64,000 nucleotides of DNA from Candidatus Acetothermia bacterium (GTDB lineage: Bacteria; Bipolaricaulota; Bipolaricaulia; RBG-16-55-9): the NCBI GenBank assembly GCA_016201405.1, contig JACQCZ010000014.1, positions 106,631-170,630 on the forward strand, written 5' to 3'. Made by a program: the position numbers and the translations under genes. Below the pieces are notes generated by a model. That model saw only the letters and a program-made list of their open reading frames with translations. It had not been told where the DNA came from and searched no databases. Position 1 is the first letter of the stretch. The number at the start of each line of letters is the position of its first letter. Below, piece by piece: positions 9,732-18,885 of the stretch.

Positions 9732-10676
9732 CTAATAGTGCGGGAAGAGCTGGCTGACAGATTCACCACTATAGATGAGCTGAATAATCTCTGCAAAGAC
9801 CTTGCCAACGGAGATCGGGAGGATCTTGGAACTCTTGGGCGGAAGGATGGTATTGGTCACACGCACCGACTTGATCTCAGAGCGCTCGATTCTAGCCACA
9901 GCCTCACCGGCAAAGACGCCGTGCGAGAATGCCGCATGGACTTCGCTCGCTCCTCGCTCTAATAACAACTCAGCAGCAGCCACCACAGTGCCACCCGTGG
10001 CGATAATGTCATCGACGATGATGGCTCGCTTCCCTCCGACGCTGCCGATAAGCGTACGCGCCTCGACCTCGCCTGTCTTCTCGCTGATGCGCGATTTCTC
10101 CACGATGGCATAAGGAAGATTGAGCCGCTCTGCTACAGCGCTGGCACGCTTTGCCGCTCCAACGTCTGGCGCAACAATTACTGCGTTTTCAGCCAATTTT
10201 GCCTGCTGAAGGTGATCGGCCAGAATCGGATCGATGCGCAGATTATCGACGGGAATATTAAAAAAGCCCTGAATCTGTCCGGCGGGAAGATCGAGCGTCA
10301 GCATTCGGTCTGCTCCGGCCGTCTCGATGAAGTTAGCAATCAGCCTGGCGCTGATCGGCACTCTTCCGATGTGCTTGCGGTCCTGGCGTGCATAGCCATA
10401 GTAGGGCACTACAGCCGTGATCTGCCGAGCCGATGCCCGTTTCAGGGCATCGATCATCAGCAGCAATTCCATCGTATGGTCGTTGACAGGCTGAGATGTT
10501 GATTGGATGACGAAGACGTCTTCACCGCGCACGGTCTCGCGGATATGGACGTTGATCTCGCCATCTGGAAAACGGCCTACCGTCACTTCGCAAAGTGCAA
10601 TGTTTAAGGAAGAGCTGATCTCTTGCGCCAATTGCGGATTGGAATTCCCTGCGATCAGTTTCAGTTGGCCAGCCAT
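9732..10676 (-). CDS. prs: ribose-phosphate pyrophosphokinase
   Basis: PRPP synthetase motifs (KLIAGNSNP, DRKHIGRVPISA, IVDDIIATGGT). Start chosen at MAGQLK; the ORF extends to 10694. Confidence 0.9.
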   Translation of the reverse strand: MAGQLKLIAGNSNPQLAQEISSSLNIALCEVTVGRFPDGEINVHIRETVRGEDVFVIQSTSQPVNDHTMELLLMIDALKRASARQITAVVPYYGYARQDRKHIGRVPISARLIANFIETAGADRMLTLDLPAGQIQGFFNIPVDNLRIDPILADHLQQAKLAENAVIVAPDVGAAKRASAVAERLNLPYAIVEKSRISEKTGEVEARTLIGSVGGKRAIIVDDIIATGGTVVAAAELLLERGASEVHAAFSHGVFAGEAVARIERSEIKSVRVTNTILPPKSSKILPISVGKVFAEIIQLIYSGESVSQLFPHY

Positions 10677-10740
10677 CGTCCCCCCTCGACTCAAATTTTA
10701 GCTTATCGAATTTGACAAAAGCCTTCAAATGAAGTGAGGT

Positions 10741-11919
10741 TCATTCATAGCGCAGCGCCTCTACCGGGCGGAGCCCAGCGGCCCGCCGTGCAGGAAGCGC
10801 TCCAGCGATGACGCCAAGCACCACGGCAAGCAGAAGTGCGATGAGCATCAATTCAAAATTGAAGTCTGGCCGAAGCGCAGACAATCCCAGTGCAGGAGCA
10901 AGAAGGAGAGTGAGACTGGCCGAGAGTGAAGCGCCTAAAATGAGCCCCAAGATTCCACCCACCAGCCCCAATGTGGCTGCCTCAACCATGAATAGATTTA
11001 TTATCTGGCTCCGTTTTGCGCCAAGTGCCACAAAGACCCCGATCTCGCGAGTGCGCTCCAGCACAGCCATAAACATGGTATTGGTCAACCCCAATACACC
11101 GACAAAAATTGCAATGCCAGCCATCGAGCCCAGAGCGACGCGAATGAGCGAAAAGATTCCCTCAACAGCATCTTTGAGGCGCCCGGGGGTCTGTATGTTG
11201 ATGGACGTGCCTGAGCTGGCAAATGCGCTGCGCAAAGCCGATTCCAGATCATCCATCGCTGCATCGGGGGCTGCGCGCACCCACGCAAATGAGATCTGGT
11301 CTGTGACAGCCTTGAGCTGCCAAAGCCTTTCAATCTCAATTAAAAAAGAGTTCTCCAGATTCTGATCCCCAGTTGGCGCAAGCAGACCTACGACTTGAAA
11401 CTGCCGTCCCTGAATCTGCAAAGAATCTCCCAGGCTAAGTTGAAGTGAACTGGCCGCCCCATGGGTCAGTAAGACTTCATCGGCATTTGAATTGGGAAGC
11501 CTTCCCTCTGCGATCTGAAAGCTCTGAAAGAAGCGGTCTGCCAAAGAGAATGTGCTCTCGGTGAGCCCCAATCCTGTCAAAAAGCCTTTCGCTTTGTTTG
11601 ATGAGACGGCCAGAGTTGTGCGGAGCACCCATCCCGATTGTAAGACTCCAGGGATCTTCTCGATCTTCTGCGGATCGACCTCAATAGACTCGTCGGATGA
11701 GGGGCTATGAGGCGTTGGTTCAGGCAGAATCAGAATCATGTCAGGTCCAAGCCGCTCAAGTTGCGATGACAACGCCCTCTGTACTCCACCACTGATCGAG
11801 AAGAGGGCCACTACGGCGGTCATTCCTGCTGCTATCCCCAAGATCGTCAGAAAAGATCGAATAGGCCGTCGTCTTATATTCTTAAGGGCGAGTCGTGTGA
11901 GATCAAGAGTCTGCCGCAA
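10741..11919 (-). CDS. ABC transporter permease, FtsX/MacB-like
   Basis: 392 aa; N-terminal TM, large periplasmic domain, C-terminal FtsX-type 3-TM bundle. No ATPase gene adjacent. Confidence 0.75.
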   Translation of the reverse strand: MRQTLDLTRLALKNIRRRPIRSFLTILGIAAGMTAVVALFSISGGVQRALSSQLERLGPDMILILPEPTPHSPSSDESIEVDPQKIEKIPGVLQSGWVLRTTLAVSSNKAKGFLTGLGLTESTFSLADRFFQSFQIAEGRLPNSNADEVLLTHGAASSLQLSLGDSLQIQGRQFQVVGLLAPTGDQNLENSFLIEIERLWQLKAVTDQISFAWVRAAPDAAMDDLESALRSAFASSGTSINIQTPGRLKDAVEGIFSLIRVALGSMAGIAIFVGVLGLTNTMFMAVLERTREIGVFVALGAKRSQIINLFMVEAATLGLVGGILGLILGASLSASLTLLLAPALGLSALRPDFNFELMLIALLLAVVLGVIAGALPARRAAGLRPVEALRYE

Positions 11920-11928
11920 CGGGACTCG

Positions 11929-12585
11929 TCACTCCCGCCGCTCAAAAGCTGTGAGTCTTAGCTGAAAGGTCGTTGTAAATTTCTGAGAGGTGTTTTGCAG
12001 AACGGATAGAACGGAAGTGCAGAAGGGAAGATCGTTTGAGCCCGTCCCCTTGATGTTCTCTCCGGTCTTTTGAAGTTGAATAAACGGCGGAAAGGGAAGC
12101 GTGGGATCCGCCGTGATAGCCAATATCGTTCTTTCGGCAGGTTTTGCATCGGTTGTCAAAACTCCACAGAGTGCTGAGACGCCTTCAATCGTCTCTTGAG
12201 CCCCAGTGACAAAATGCGCTCCGCCTGGCACGATAAATGTGGTGCTGGGGGTCAAGCTGGAGTGGTTTTGCAAAAGCGTCCTGACCGCCTCATCCTGGAT
12301 GATCAGCTGAGTCTGCGCGATGCCATTGACGACGCCATTCTCCATCTCATTGCGTGTCGCCAGCACCTGATTGGTGGTGGTCACCATGAGCTGATGATCA
12401 GCCGTCTCTTCGACTTTCCAGCCCAATTCGAGGGGATTCTGCAAGTCTGCCGTTAGAACTTCATAGGCAGTCTGGGTAAAGCCACCTGGATATTGCGAAA
12501 AATAGTCGCTCGTCTGTGCAAACAAAACCGAGCCGCAAACAACAACCAGAACTCCTGCGAGCACCCAACGATATTCACGTCTCAT
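11929..12585 (-). CDS. hypothetical secreted protein
   Basis: 218 aa; N-terminal signal peptide (VLAGVLVVVCGSVLFA); no recognised motif. Confidence 0.45.
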   Translation of the reverse strand: MRREYRWVLAGVLVVVCGSVLFAQTSDYFSQYPGGFTQTAYEVLTADLQNPLELGWKVEETADHQLMVTTTNQVLATRNEMENGVVNGIAQTQLIIQDEAVRTLLQNHSSLTPSTTFIVPGGAHFVTGAQETIEGVSALCGVLTTDAKPAERTILAITADPTLPFPPFIQLQKTGENIKGTGSNDLPFCTSVLSVLQNTSQKFTTTFQLRLTAFERRE

Positions 12586-12756
12586 AGCGCATCACCTGAC
12601 ACGATCATAGCTTGAAGCCGATAGAGTGGCAATATCGTCCCAAAATGATCGGAATCTCGGAATGTAACCCATATTACACTTGCAAATTTCAATTTTCTGT
12701 ATAATGACAAGTGTCCCTCTACTCTAATTTCCTCTCACCACCGCAAGTGGAGGACA

Positions 12757-12788
12757 AAGCCCTCGCCCCCACCATACGGCGAGGGCTT
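12757..12788. terminator. GC-rich hairpin (aagccctcgcc / 10-nt loop / ggcgagggctt) downstream of the DUF1028 gene
   Basis: Perfect 11-bp inverted repeat; the U tract is only on the + strand side, so assignment is uncertain. Confidence 0.35.
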
Positions 12789-12818
12789 CTATATTTACAT
12801 AGCTTTTGAAGGAAAGTT

Positions 12819-13691
12819 TCACTTCTGTTCGGTGCGGTGTTTCTCTCTCATAAAGTGGAGAACTTTGATATCAATCTGACCTGGCTCGCCCTGCCAGCGC
12901 ATCTCCAGGTTCTCGATATTGTGAAAATTCTGCAGGGCGTCTCGGGTGGGCTGGTCGAGCTCGCCGCTGATCGCTCCGGAGTAGAGCTTGAAATCCAGAA
13001 GCATGGCTTGAATCTCTTTAATATCACCCATTTTGAGCTGGATCGTCTCTCGGGTCTCGCCAAAGTAAAGCTGCTGCAAATGAAAGATACGCTCTAACTC
13101 TTCAATGGGTCTTGTGTGGTCATCCACTCTCAGATCAACGAAGCGATCGGTGTAGCCGCCATAGCCACCTTGGACTTTCACGACATGGAGGGATGCCGAC
13201 TGCTGGCCGCGGCGATCTCCACCAGCGGCCTGACCTGCATGCAAAGAAGCAAGGGGGCGCTCCGCGAGCGCCCCCTTCGTGCTTTCAAATGCTTTAGACA
13301 TGCCGCGCACGACTTCCCCACCGGCTAAGATATTCCCCTGGCAGGCATACTGCTGCCCAACGTGATGCCCTGCCCACGGGAAGCACTCTTCGCCAGTAAA
13401 GGCGGCCGCACGCCCATTTGAATCTACAATCCCAACTTGCCGTTTCTCTCGGTCCTTATCGGCTTCAATCAGTCTCCTTAAGACCTCTTGCGCACTCAGC
13501 CCAGAGCGGAGCAGTCGCAGACCCTGTGCGCCGAAGCTCGTATTGGCATGCGATTGCGTCGCAATCACGCCCACTTCTGCCTCTGCCCACGGAACAACGG
13601 GTCCTACCGCCAGAAACTTCGACTGGACGGCCACACCCCACTCACGAGCCTCCAAATCGCAAGCGACGATCGAGAAGGTCGAGAGTCTCAT
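12819..13691 (-). CDS. DUF1028 family protein (Ntn-hydrolase-like) with C-terminal extension
   Basis: 290 aa; characteristic N-terminus MRLSTFSIVACD...GVAVQSKFLAVGPVVPWAEA...ATQSHAN. Confidence 0.65.
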   Translation of the reverse strand: MRLSTFSIVACDLEAREWGVAVQSKFLAVGPVVPWAEAEVGVIATQSHANTSFGAQGLRLLRSGLSAQEVLRRLIEADKDREKRQVGIVDSNGRAAAFTGEECFPWAGHHVGQQYACQGNILAGGEVVRGMSKAFESTKGALAERPLASLHAGQAAGGDRRGQQSASLHVVKVQGGYGGYTDRFVDLRVDDHTRPIEELERIFHLQQLYFGETRETIQLKMGDIKEIQAMLLDFKLYSGAISGELDQPTRDALQNFHNIENLEMRWQGEPGQIDIKVLHFMREKHRTEQK

Positions 13692-13707
13692 TCTTCTAAG
13701 CTTGCAA

Positions 13708-14736
13708 CTACATCCCTTTTGCCATTGTTATCTCAGCATTCAAGGCATCTTGCTCTGGCTTCGAGAGACCACCGATAAAGGCCGGGCTAAGATCCGAATA
13801 TGAGCCCACGACAATGATCCCGACCTGTCCCATGGCAAAGTGGAGAGCGCAAAAATACGGATAGCTTCCAGCAGGAGCATCGGCTGGGATTTTCCAGTCA
13901 TAGGTTCCACCTGGCATCAGCGTTCCCGTGTCGAATGAGTTCGCCGTACCGGCTGGAATCCCCTGGGTCTTGCCATTCTGGGCGGAGTAGGCAGTAGCGG
14001 TGTGAGGCATGCTTGCGTCTGTGTTGACGAAGTGAATGGTGTCCCCTGGGCTGGCCTTGACGACCTTGGGATCAAAGACGGCCTTGCCGTCGGCAGTCAT
14101 CAACAAGTCGACCTCAATGGTCTGACCCGTCGGCTTGGGTGTGGTGACCGTGATGGCCGTGGCCTTGGAGGCGTTTGTTCCCTTGTCGTTGTCGGTGACT
14201 GTAAGCGTCACATTGTAGGTGCCTGCTGCTGCGTATGGGTGATGAACTTTTGCACCAGAGCCCTTTGTGTTGTCGCCAAAGTCCCACTGATAGTCCGTGA
14301 TCGTTCCATCTGTGTCCTTAGATGAGCTGCCATCAAAGCTGACGTCGAGTGGAGCATCTCCGCTCGTCTTGTCCGCGGTGAAGGCTGCAGTTGGGTTGGC
14401 GTTCTTGACCGTGATGTTGATCGTAACCACTTTGCCCGCTGCGCCTTTGGCTGAATTTGCGGTCACTTTAACAGGGTATGAACCAGGCTTGTCGTAGGTG
14501 TGGCTAGTGGTGGCCGTGGCAACCTTGTCCGCCTTCTTGCCATCTCCAAAGTCCCAGGAGTAGGTCACGCCCGTTTCTTTGCTGTCCGATGAGGCCGTGA
14601 AGCTCACCACTTTGCTGTCCGTCGTGGCTTTGTCTTTTGGAGCAGTGATTGTTGCAGTTGGAGCTGCTGCGCCACAACCTGTGATGATCAACCCGACTAC
14701 GAACAGACACAAAACGAACGACAGTACTTTACTCAT
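13708..14736 (-). CDS. lipoprotein with two PKD domains and a C-terminal amicyanin/plastocyanin-like cupredoxin domain
   Basis: 342 aa; lipobox LIITGC; two PKD repeats (WDFGDG, YQWDFGDN); type-1 copper ligand pattern H...C-x2-H-x2-M (FCALHFAMG). Confidence 0.7.
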   Translation of the reverse strand: MSKVLSFVLCLFVVGLIITGCGAAAPTATITAPKDKATTDSKVVSFTASSDSKETGVTYSWDFGDGKKADKVATATTSHTYDKPGSYPVKVTANSAKGAAGKVVTINITVKNANPTAAFTADKTSGDAPLDVSFDGSSSKDTDGTITDYQWDFGDNTKGSGAKVHHPYAAAGTYNVTLTVTDNDKGTNASKATAITVTTPKPTGQTIEVDLLMTADGKAVFDPKVVKASPGDTIHFVNTDASMPHTATAYSAQNGKTQGIPAGTANSFDTGTLMPGGTYDWKIPADAPAGSYPYFCALHFAMGQVGIIVVGSYSDLSPAFIGGLSKPEQDALNAEITMAKGM

Positions 14737-14868
14737 TCTATATCTTCCCCCTTTAGGTGAAATGCTTTAGCAATCTCTTGATCGATCTCGTTCCGACTGG
14801 ACTCTGCAATGTCATGGCCCGACAGAATCTAACCATCAATGATTCAATCCTGTCAAGGCGGGAGACTC

Positions 14869-15501
14869 TTAACCATGGAGTGTTCTCTCTCTTTCTGGCC
14901 AACCTTCTTTCCCTAAAAGAGGCAAAAAGCTGCAGTCGCAGATCTCGCATTTGATGATCTCTCCTGCAGTCTTCTTCACGAGCAAAAGCTTCTGGATTTG
15001 GCGATTCCCCACAGGGATCACCAGGCGGCCTCCTTCACGAAGCTGCTCTACCAAAGAGGCGGGGATTTCGGGTGCAGCGGCTGTCGAGATTATGGCATCA
15101 AAAGGAGCCTTCTCCGCCCAGCCCTGCGTCCCATCTCCGATCTTGTACTGAATATTCCGATAGCCGATTCTGCTGAGGCGTCCCATCGCCTGACGGGAGA
15201 GAGCTGCCAAACGCTCCACCGTAAAGACTGCGGATGCCAGCTCAGCCAAAATGGCCGTTTGATACCCAGAGCCAGTCCCGATCTCCAAGACCCCATCCGA
15301 TGGCTGAAGCGCCAGACTCTCCGTCATTTTAGCCACAATATAGGGCTGCGAGATCGTCTGACCCTCGTCAATCGGCAATGGATAGTTGGCATACGCCTCT
15401 TCCCATCTCTCGGGTGCAATAAACTGGTGCCTTGGGATCATGCCCATCACATTCAATATCCGTTCATCTTGAATGCCCTGAGCTACCAGATGTCCAATCA
15501 T
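14869..15501 (-). CDS. pcm: protein-L-isoaspartate O-methyltransferase
   Basis: SAM-binding motif VLEIGTGSGYQTAILAEL and Pcm-like N-terminus. Start chosen at MIGHL; the ORF extends to 15567. Confidence 0.85.
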   Translation of the reverse strand: MIGHLVAQGIQDERILNVMGMIPRHQFIAPERWEEAYANYPLPIDEGQTISQPYIVAKMTESLALQPSDGVLEIGTGSGYQTAILAELASAVFTVERLAALSRQAMGRLSRIGYRNIQYKIGDGTQGWAEKAPFDAIISTAAAPEIPASLVEQLREGGRLVIPVGNRQIQKLLLVKKTAGEIIKCEICDCSFLPLLGKEGWPERERTLHG

Positions 15502-15604
15502 CAATTTGCGATCCTTCTGAGGCGAACCGCAAAACCCCTCTGCTCCCCTTTGACCATAATTCCTCACCCTTAAATTCTATGGAAGAAGTGGCCACTCTTC
15601 AACC

Positions 15605-15982
15605 TCAGGAAGGTGAACCGGCCGGAGAAGGTCTGGAATTGACGAAATAATGGCGCGTAGACTTGGGAGGATAGAGTTCGCCACTCAACCCCCTCCGAAT
15701 GACCTCGGTCTTTGAAACATGAATTTCGGGGCGGCGCGATTCCAGCTCGACCTCCACCTCATAGTCGACCAATAAACATGGAACCAGGGCGATCCCCAGC
15801 GCTTTACAGGCGGCATGGCGGTGATGGCCATCTAAGATCACATACGTCTCTTCGTCTACCAGTATCGGGTAATCCTGCAAAAGCTCTCCATTTTTGATCT
15901 CTTGAATTGTCCGCGCCAAATTCGTGGGATCCACCTCTTCATGGGGGCGAAGCGTATCGACTGGCAAAGTGGCCCGGGTCAT
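15605..15982 (-). CDS. ParB/Srx-fold (ParB N-terminal nuclease-like) domain protein
   Basis: 125 aa; DGHHR motif in a ParB-N-like context. Stop/start overlap with the upstream thioesterase gene. Confidence 0.45.
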   Translation of the reverse strand: MTRATLPVDTLRPHEEVDPTNLARTIQEIKNGELLQDYPILVDEETYVILDGHHRHAACKALGIALVPCLLVDYEVEVELESRRPEIHVSKTEVIRRGLSGELYPPKSTRHYFVNSRPSPAGSPS

Positions 15983-16452
15983 CTCAGCTCTTCCCGCAGT
16001 TTTAGCTTGTACTCCCGGTGCTTCTTGGCCTCTTCATACTGCATCTTTTCTTCGGCCGTCTCTGGGATGACTGGAGGAATGGCAGTGGGTCGCCCATCAC
16101 TCCCGAGTGCCACGAATGTGAGATATCCCGAAGTCGTCTTTTTGCGCTCGCCCGTCATGGGGTTTTCAGACTCAATAGAGACTCCGACTTCCATGGATGT
16201 CGTGCCGACATAGTGGACTGCAGCCTTAATGACGACGAATTCCCCAATCTGGATCGGGTGCAGGAAGCTGAGGCTGTCAATCGAAGCGGTGACGACGGGC
16301 ATTCGGGCATGTCGCATCGCGGCCACCGCGGCGGCGCTGTCGATCCATGCGACTACAGCGCCTCCGAAGGCGATTCCAAGCGGATTTGCATCATCGGGGC
16401 GCACAATCTGGATCATTTCGACTATCGATTCTCGGACCGGCTTGCCTTTCAT
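15979..16452 (-). CDS. acyl-CoA thioesterase (hotdog fold)
   Basis: Hotdog-fold thioesterase pattern (IVRPDDANPLGIAFGGAVVAWID). Start chosen at MKGKP to avoid overlap with trmY. Confidence 0.7.
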   Translation of the reverse strand: MKGKPVRESIVEMIQIVRPDDANPLGIAFGGAVVAWIDSAAAVAAMRHARMPVVTASIDSLSFLHPIQIGEFVVIKAAVHYVGTTSMEVGVSIESENPMTGERKKTTSGYLTFVALGSDGRPTAIPPVIPETAEEKMQYEEAKKHREYKLKLREELR

Positions 16453-16462
16453 ACTCTTTATA

Positions 16463-17074
16463 TTAGCTGTGGAGAGAGCGGCGATCCAATTCGTTGTGGA
16501 CAACCGAAATGCAGTGATCTGCGTGGAGCACAACGGGGCCTAGGCTCACTTTTGTGCACTCTTTAAGCAGAAGCTCTTCATCGGGCGAAAAATTCTGGTG
16601 ATCGCTGAGCACAAATGCTACTGGCTGCTGAACTGGAGCAGACCGAATGTCAGTGCCGTGCTCATCTAAAACGTGACACAAGATATTGGTCTTTGCAAAG
16701 AATTCTAAAAGCACTCGCAATCCGCGTCTGGCCACATAGACACCAGGGGTGCTCTCTATCTCTTCGGCTTGGTCTGCAATATTCAATCTCTGAGCGCTTT
16801 CGATTGCATGTTTGATGAGCGCGCCCGTGCTTCGCTCATCGGGATTGAGGCGTTTTACTGTTGCGCCATCAAAACGCAGCGTGAGCTGATCCCGCAGAAT
16901 CAAATAGACTGCCACATCCTTGCGAATGCCATGGGAGAGACAGAACGAAGTGGTAATACAGCGCGCCAAGATGTCCATACGCCCGGCACTGCCCGGAAGA
17001 TCATTCAGAGTAAAATCAGGTGTGATGGAAGCTGCATGTCCCAAAATGACAAAGGTTCTCTGGTGATCAATCAT
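16463..17074 (-). CDS. trmY: tRNA (pseudouridine54-N1)-methyltransferase TrmY-like (SPOUT family)
   Basis: 203 aa; motifs LNDLPGSAGRMDILARCI...LSHGIRKDV and C-terminal LHADHCISVVHNELD match the archaeal TrmY pattern. Confidence 0.7.
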   Translation of the reverse strand: MIDHQRTFVILGHAASITPDFTLNDLPGSAGRMDILARCITTSFCLSHGIRKDVAVYLILRDQLTLRFDGATVKRLNPDERSTGALIKHAIESAQRLNIADQAEEIESTPGVYVARRGLRVLLEFFAKTNILCHVLDEHGTDIRSAPVQQPVAFVLSDHQNFSPDEELLLKECTKVSLGPVVLHADHCISVVHNELDRRSLHS

Positions 17075-17172
17075 GAGTTGTTCTTGAGGCTATTCTAGGC
17101 TCTTTTCATGCAGTTTCAACGGGAGAGCGAGTTGCTGCAGATGACGACATCGCGCTAAAATGGAGTCTCGAA

Positions 17173-18018
17173 ATGGAATTCTTAGAGAAGACTCTCTTAA
17201 TGGCCGGGAAAAATTCGAGCTTGCTTTGTGTGGGGCTTGATCCAGAGATAACACAAATTCCTTCTTCTCTTACCCGACAATATGGCGAGAACGCCGTTGT
17301 TGAATTCAATCGAAGAATTATAGAAAACACAAAAGACCTCGTCTGCGCTTATAAACCAAACAGCGCTTTCTACGAGGCGCTCGGTCCGCATGGCCTGGAG
17401 ATTCTGAGAGAGACGCGCAAGCTCATTCCCAAAGGGATCCCCATGATCTTGGACATCAAGCGCGGCGATATTGATAACACCAATCGAAAGTACGCCGAAG
17501 CGGCATTTGATGTTTACAACGCGGATGCCGTGACCCTCAACCCCTATCTTGGACTAGATTCAATTGAGCCTTTTCTTAGCTATAAAGAACGAGGGCTTTT
17601 ATTGCTCTGTCGCACGTCAAATCCTGGCGCAAAAGATATTCAAGACCTGATCTGCAATGGAAAGCCACTCTACCACGTCATGGCTGAGCGAATTCGTGAA
17701 TGGAGCTCGATCAAAAAAACTTTGCAGATTGGGGCAGTGGTTGGTGCAACTTACCCAGCGGAGCTGGTCAGCGTGCGTCAGATTTTGGGCGATGAGCTGA
17801 TCATTCTCGTTCCTGGCGTCGGCAAACAGGCGGGTGAGCTGGAGAAATCCGCAAAGGCCGCAATCAATTCTCAGGGCGAGCGAGCCGTGATCAATGCCTC
17901 ACGCAGCGTCCTCTATGCTTCACCGAATGAGGATTTTGCCGATGCCGCCCGCAGGGAAGCGATGCGCCTGCGAGAGATCATCCATCAGACGATTGAGCGG
18001 GTGACTCAGTCATCTTAA
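17173..18018 (+). CDS. pyrF: orotidine 5'-phosphate decarboxylase (long type)
   Basis: 281 aa; LCVGLDPE, KPNSAFYEALG and MILDIKRGDI motifs. Confidence 0.9.
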   Translation: MEFLEKTLLMAGKNSSLLCVGLDPEITQIPSSLTRQYGENAVVEFNRRIIENTKDLVCAYKPNSAFYEALGPHGLEILRETRKLIPKGIPMILDIKRGDIDNTNRKYAEAAFDVYNADAVTLNPYLGLDSIEPFLSYKERGLLLLCRTSNPGAKDIQDLICNGKPLYHVMAERIREWSSIKKTLQIGAVVGATYPAELVSVRQILGDELIILVPGVGKQAGELEKSAKAAINSQGERAVINASRSVLYASPNEDFADAARREAMRLREIIHQTIERVTQSS

Positions 18019-18064
18019 CGTTTGGTCAAACCGATCCACATGGCTACAATGTCAGTCAACAAGC

Positions 18065-18316
18065 ATGGCCCAGTTGATCATTGAATACTGCCATGAGTGC
18101 ATGTTTTTGGGACGAGCCATCGAGGTCGCTCAAAAGGCACTTCATCATTACCCTGATGCTTTGGAGTCGGTGACTCTTATCCCTGGCTCAAATGGAGTCT
18201 TTACGGTGATGCTTGATCATCTGCCCATTTACACAATCAATGAAGAAGGATTATTGCCATCTTCAGACCAAGTCCAAAATCTGCTCGCAAAGAAGCTAGG
18301 AGCGAAGCTCGCATGA
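18065..18316 (+). CDS. SelW/Rdx family thioredoxin-like protein (Cys-containing homologue)
   Basis: 83 aa; IEYCHEC (CxxC) at the N-terminus and LIPGSNGVF pattern of the Rdx family. Confidence 0.7.
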   Translation: MAQLIIEYCHECMFLGRAIEVAQKALHHYPDALESVTLIPGSNGVFTVMLDHLPIYTINEEGLLPSSDQVQNLLAKKLGAKLA

Positions 18317-18885
18317 AGAAGAGCACCCGAGCCTTATTTCTTGGGAGATTTCAGCCCTATCACAATGGCCATGATGCGGTCATCCGCAAAATCACGGCAG
18401 AAGTAAACGAGCTGATCATCGCGGTTGGCTCAGCTCAATACAGCCACACTCTGCGCGATCCTTTTACCGCCGGTGAGCGCATTATGATGATCACCCGAGC
18501 TCTGGCTGGCCTGAAGAGCACAAAATATGTCTTGCCCATCGAAGATATTGAGCAAAACGCGCTTTACGTTGCGCATATTCGGCGCCTCACACCCGCGTTT
18601 GATCTTGTCTATTCCAATAATTCACTTGTGATCCGGCTCTTTGAAGAGGCTGGCATTGCCGTAAAACAGCTTCCTCTCATTGATCGTGGCCATCTCTGGG
18701 GAACGAAGATTCGTGACCTAATGACCCAGGGCGGCCTATGGCAAACGTACGTGCCCCCTGCCGTATGCACAATCATTGAAGAGATCGGCGGAATCGAGAG
18801 GCTGCAGCAGATCCAGCAGAGCGATCTGCTCAGTACCGGCCCTTCGAGCAGTGCCTCCAGTCCGAGAAGAGGGGAGTCCGATTGA
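18313..18885 (+). CDS. nadM: nicotinamide-nucleotide adenylyltransferase, archaeal NadM type
   Basis: 190 aa; hallmark GRFQPYHNGH plus IAVGSAQYSHTLRDPFTAGER. Start overlaps upstream stop. Confidence 0.85.
   Translation: MKKSTRALFLGRFQPYHNGHDAVIRKITAEVNELIIAVGSAQYSHTLRDPFTAGERIMMITRALAGLKSTKYVLPIEDIEQNALYVAHIRRLTPAFDLVYSNNSLVIRLFEEAGIAVKQLPLIDRGHLWGTKIRDLMTQGGLWQTYVPPAVCTIIEEIGGIERLQQIQQSDLLSTGPSSSASSPRRGESD

Noticed and set aside
12837-13097. 86-aa + strand ORF antisense to the DUF1028 gene, downstream of a TATAAT-containing sequence near 12700
   Set aside because: Lies entirely within the well-supported - strand DUF1028 gene; promoter spacing to candidate -35 boxes is poor (14 or 20 nt).
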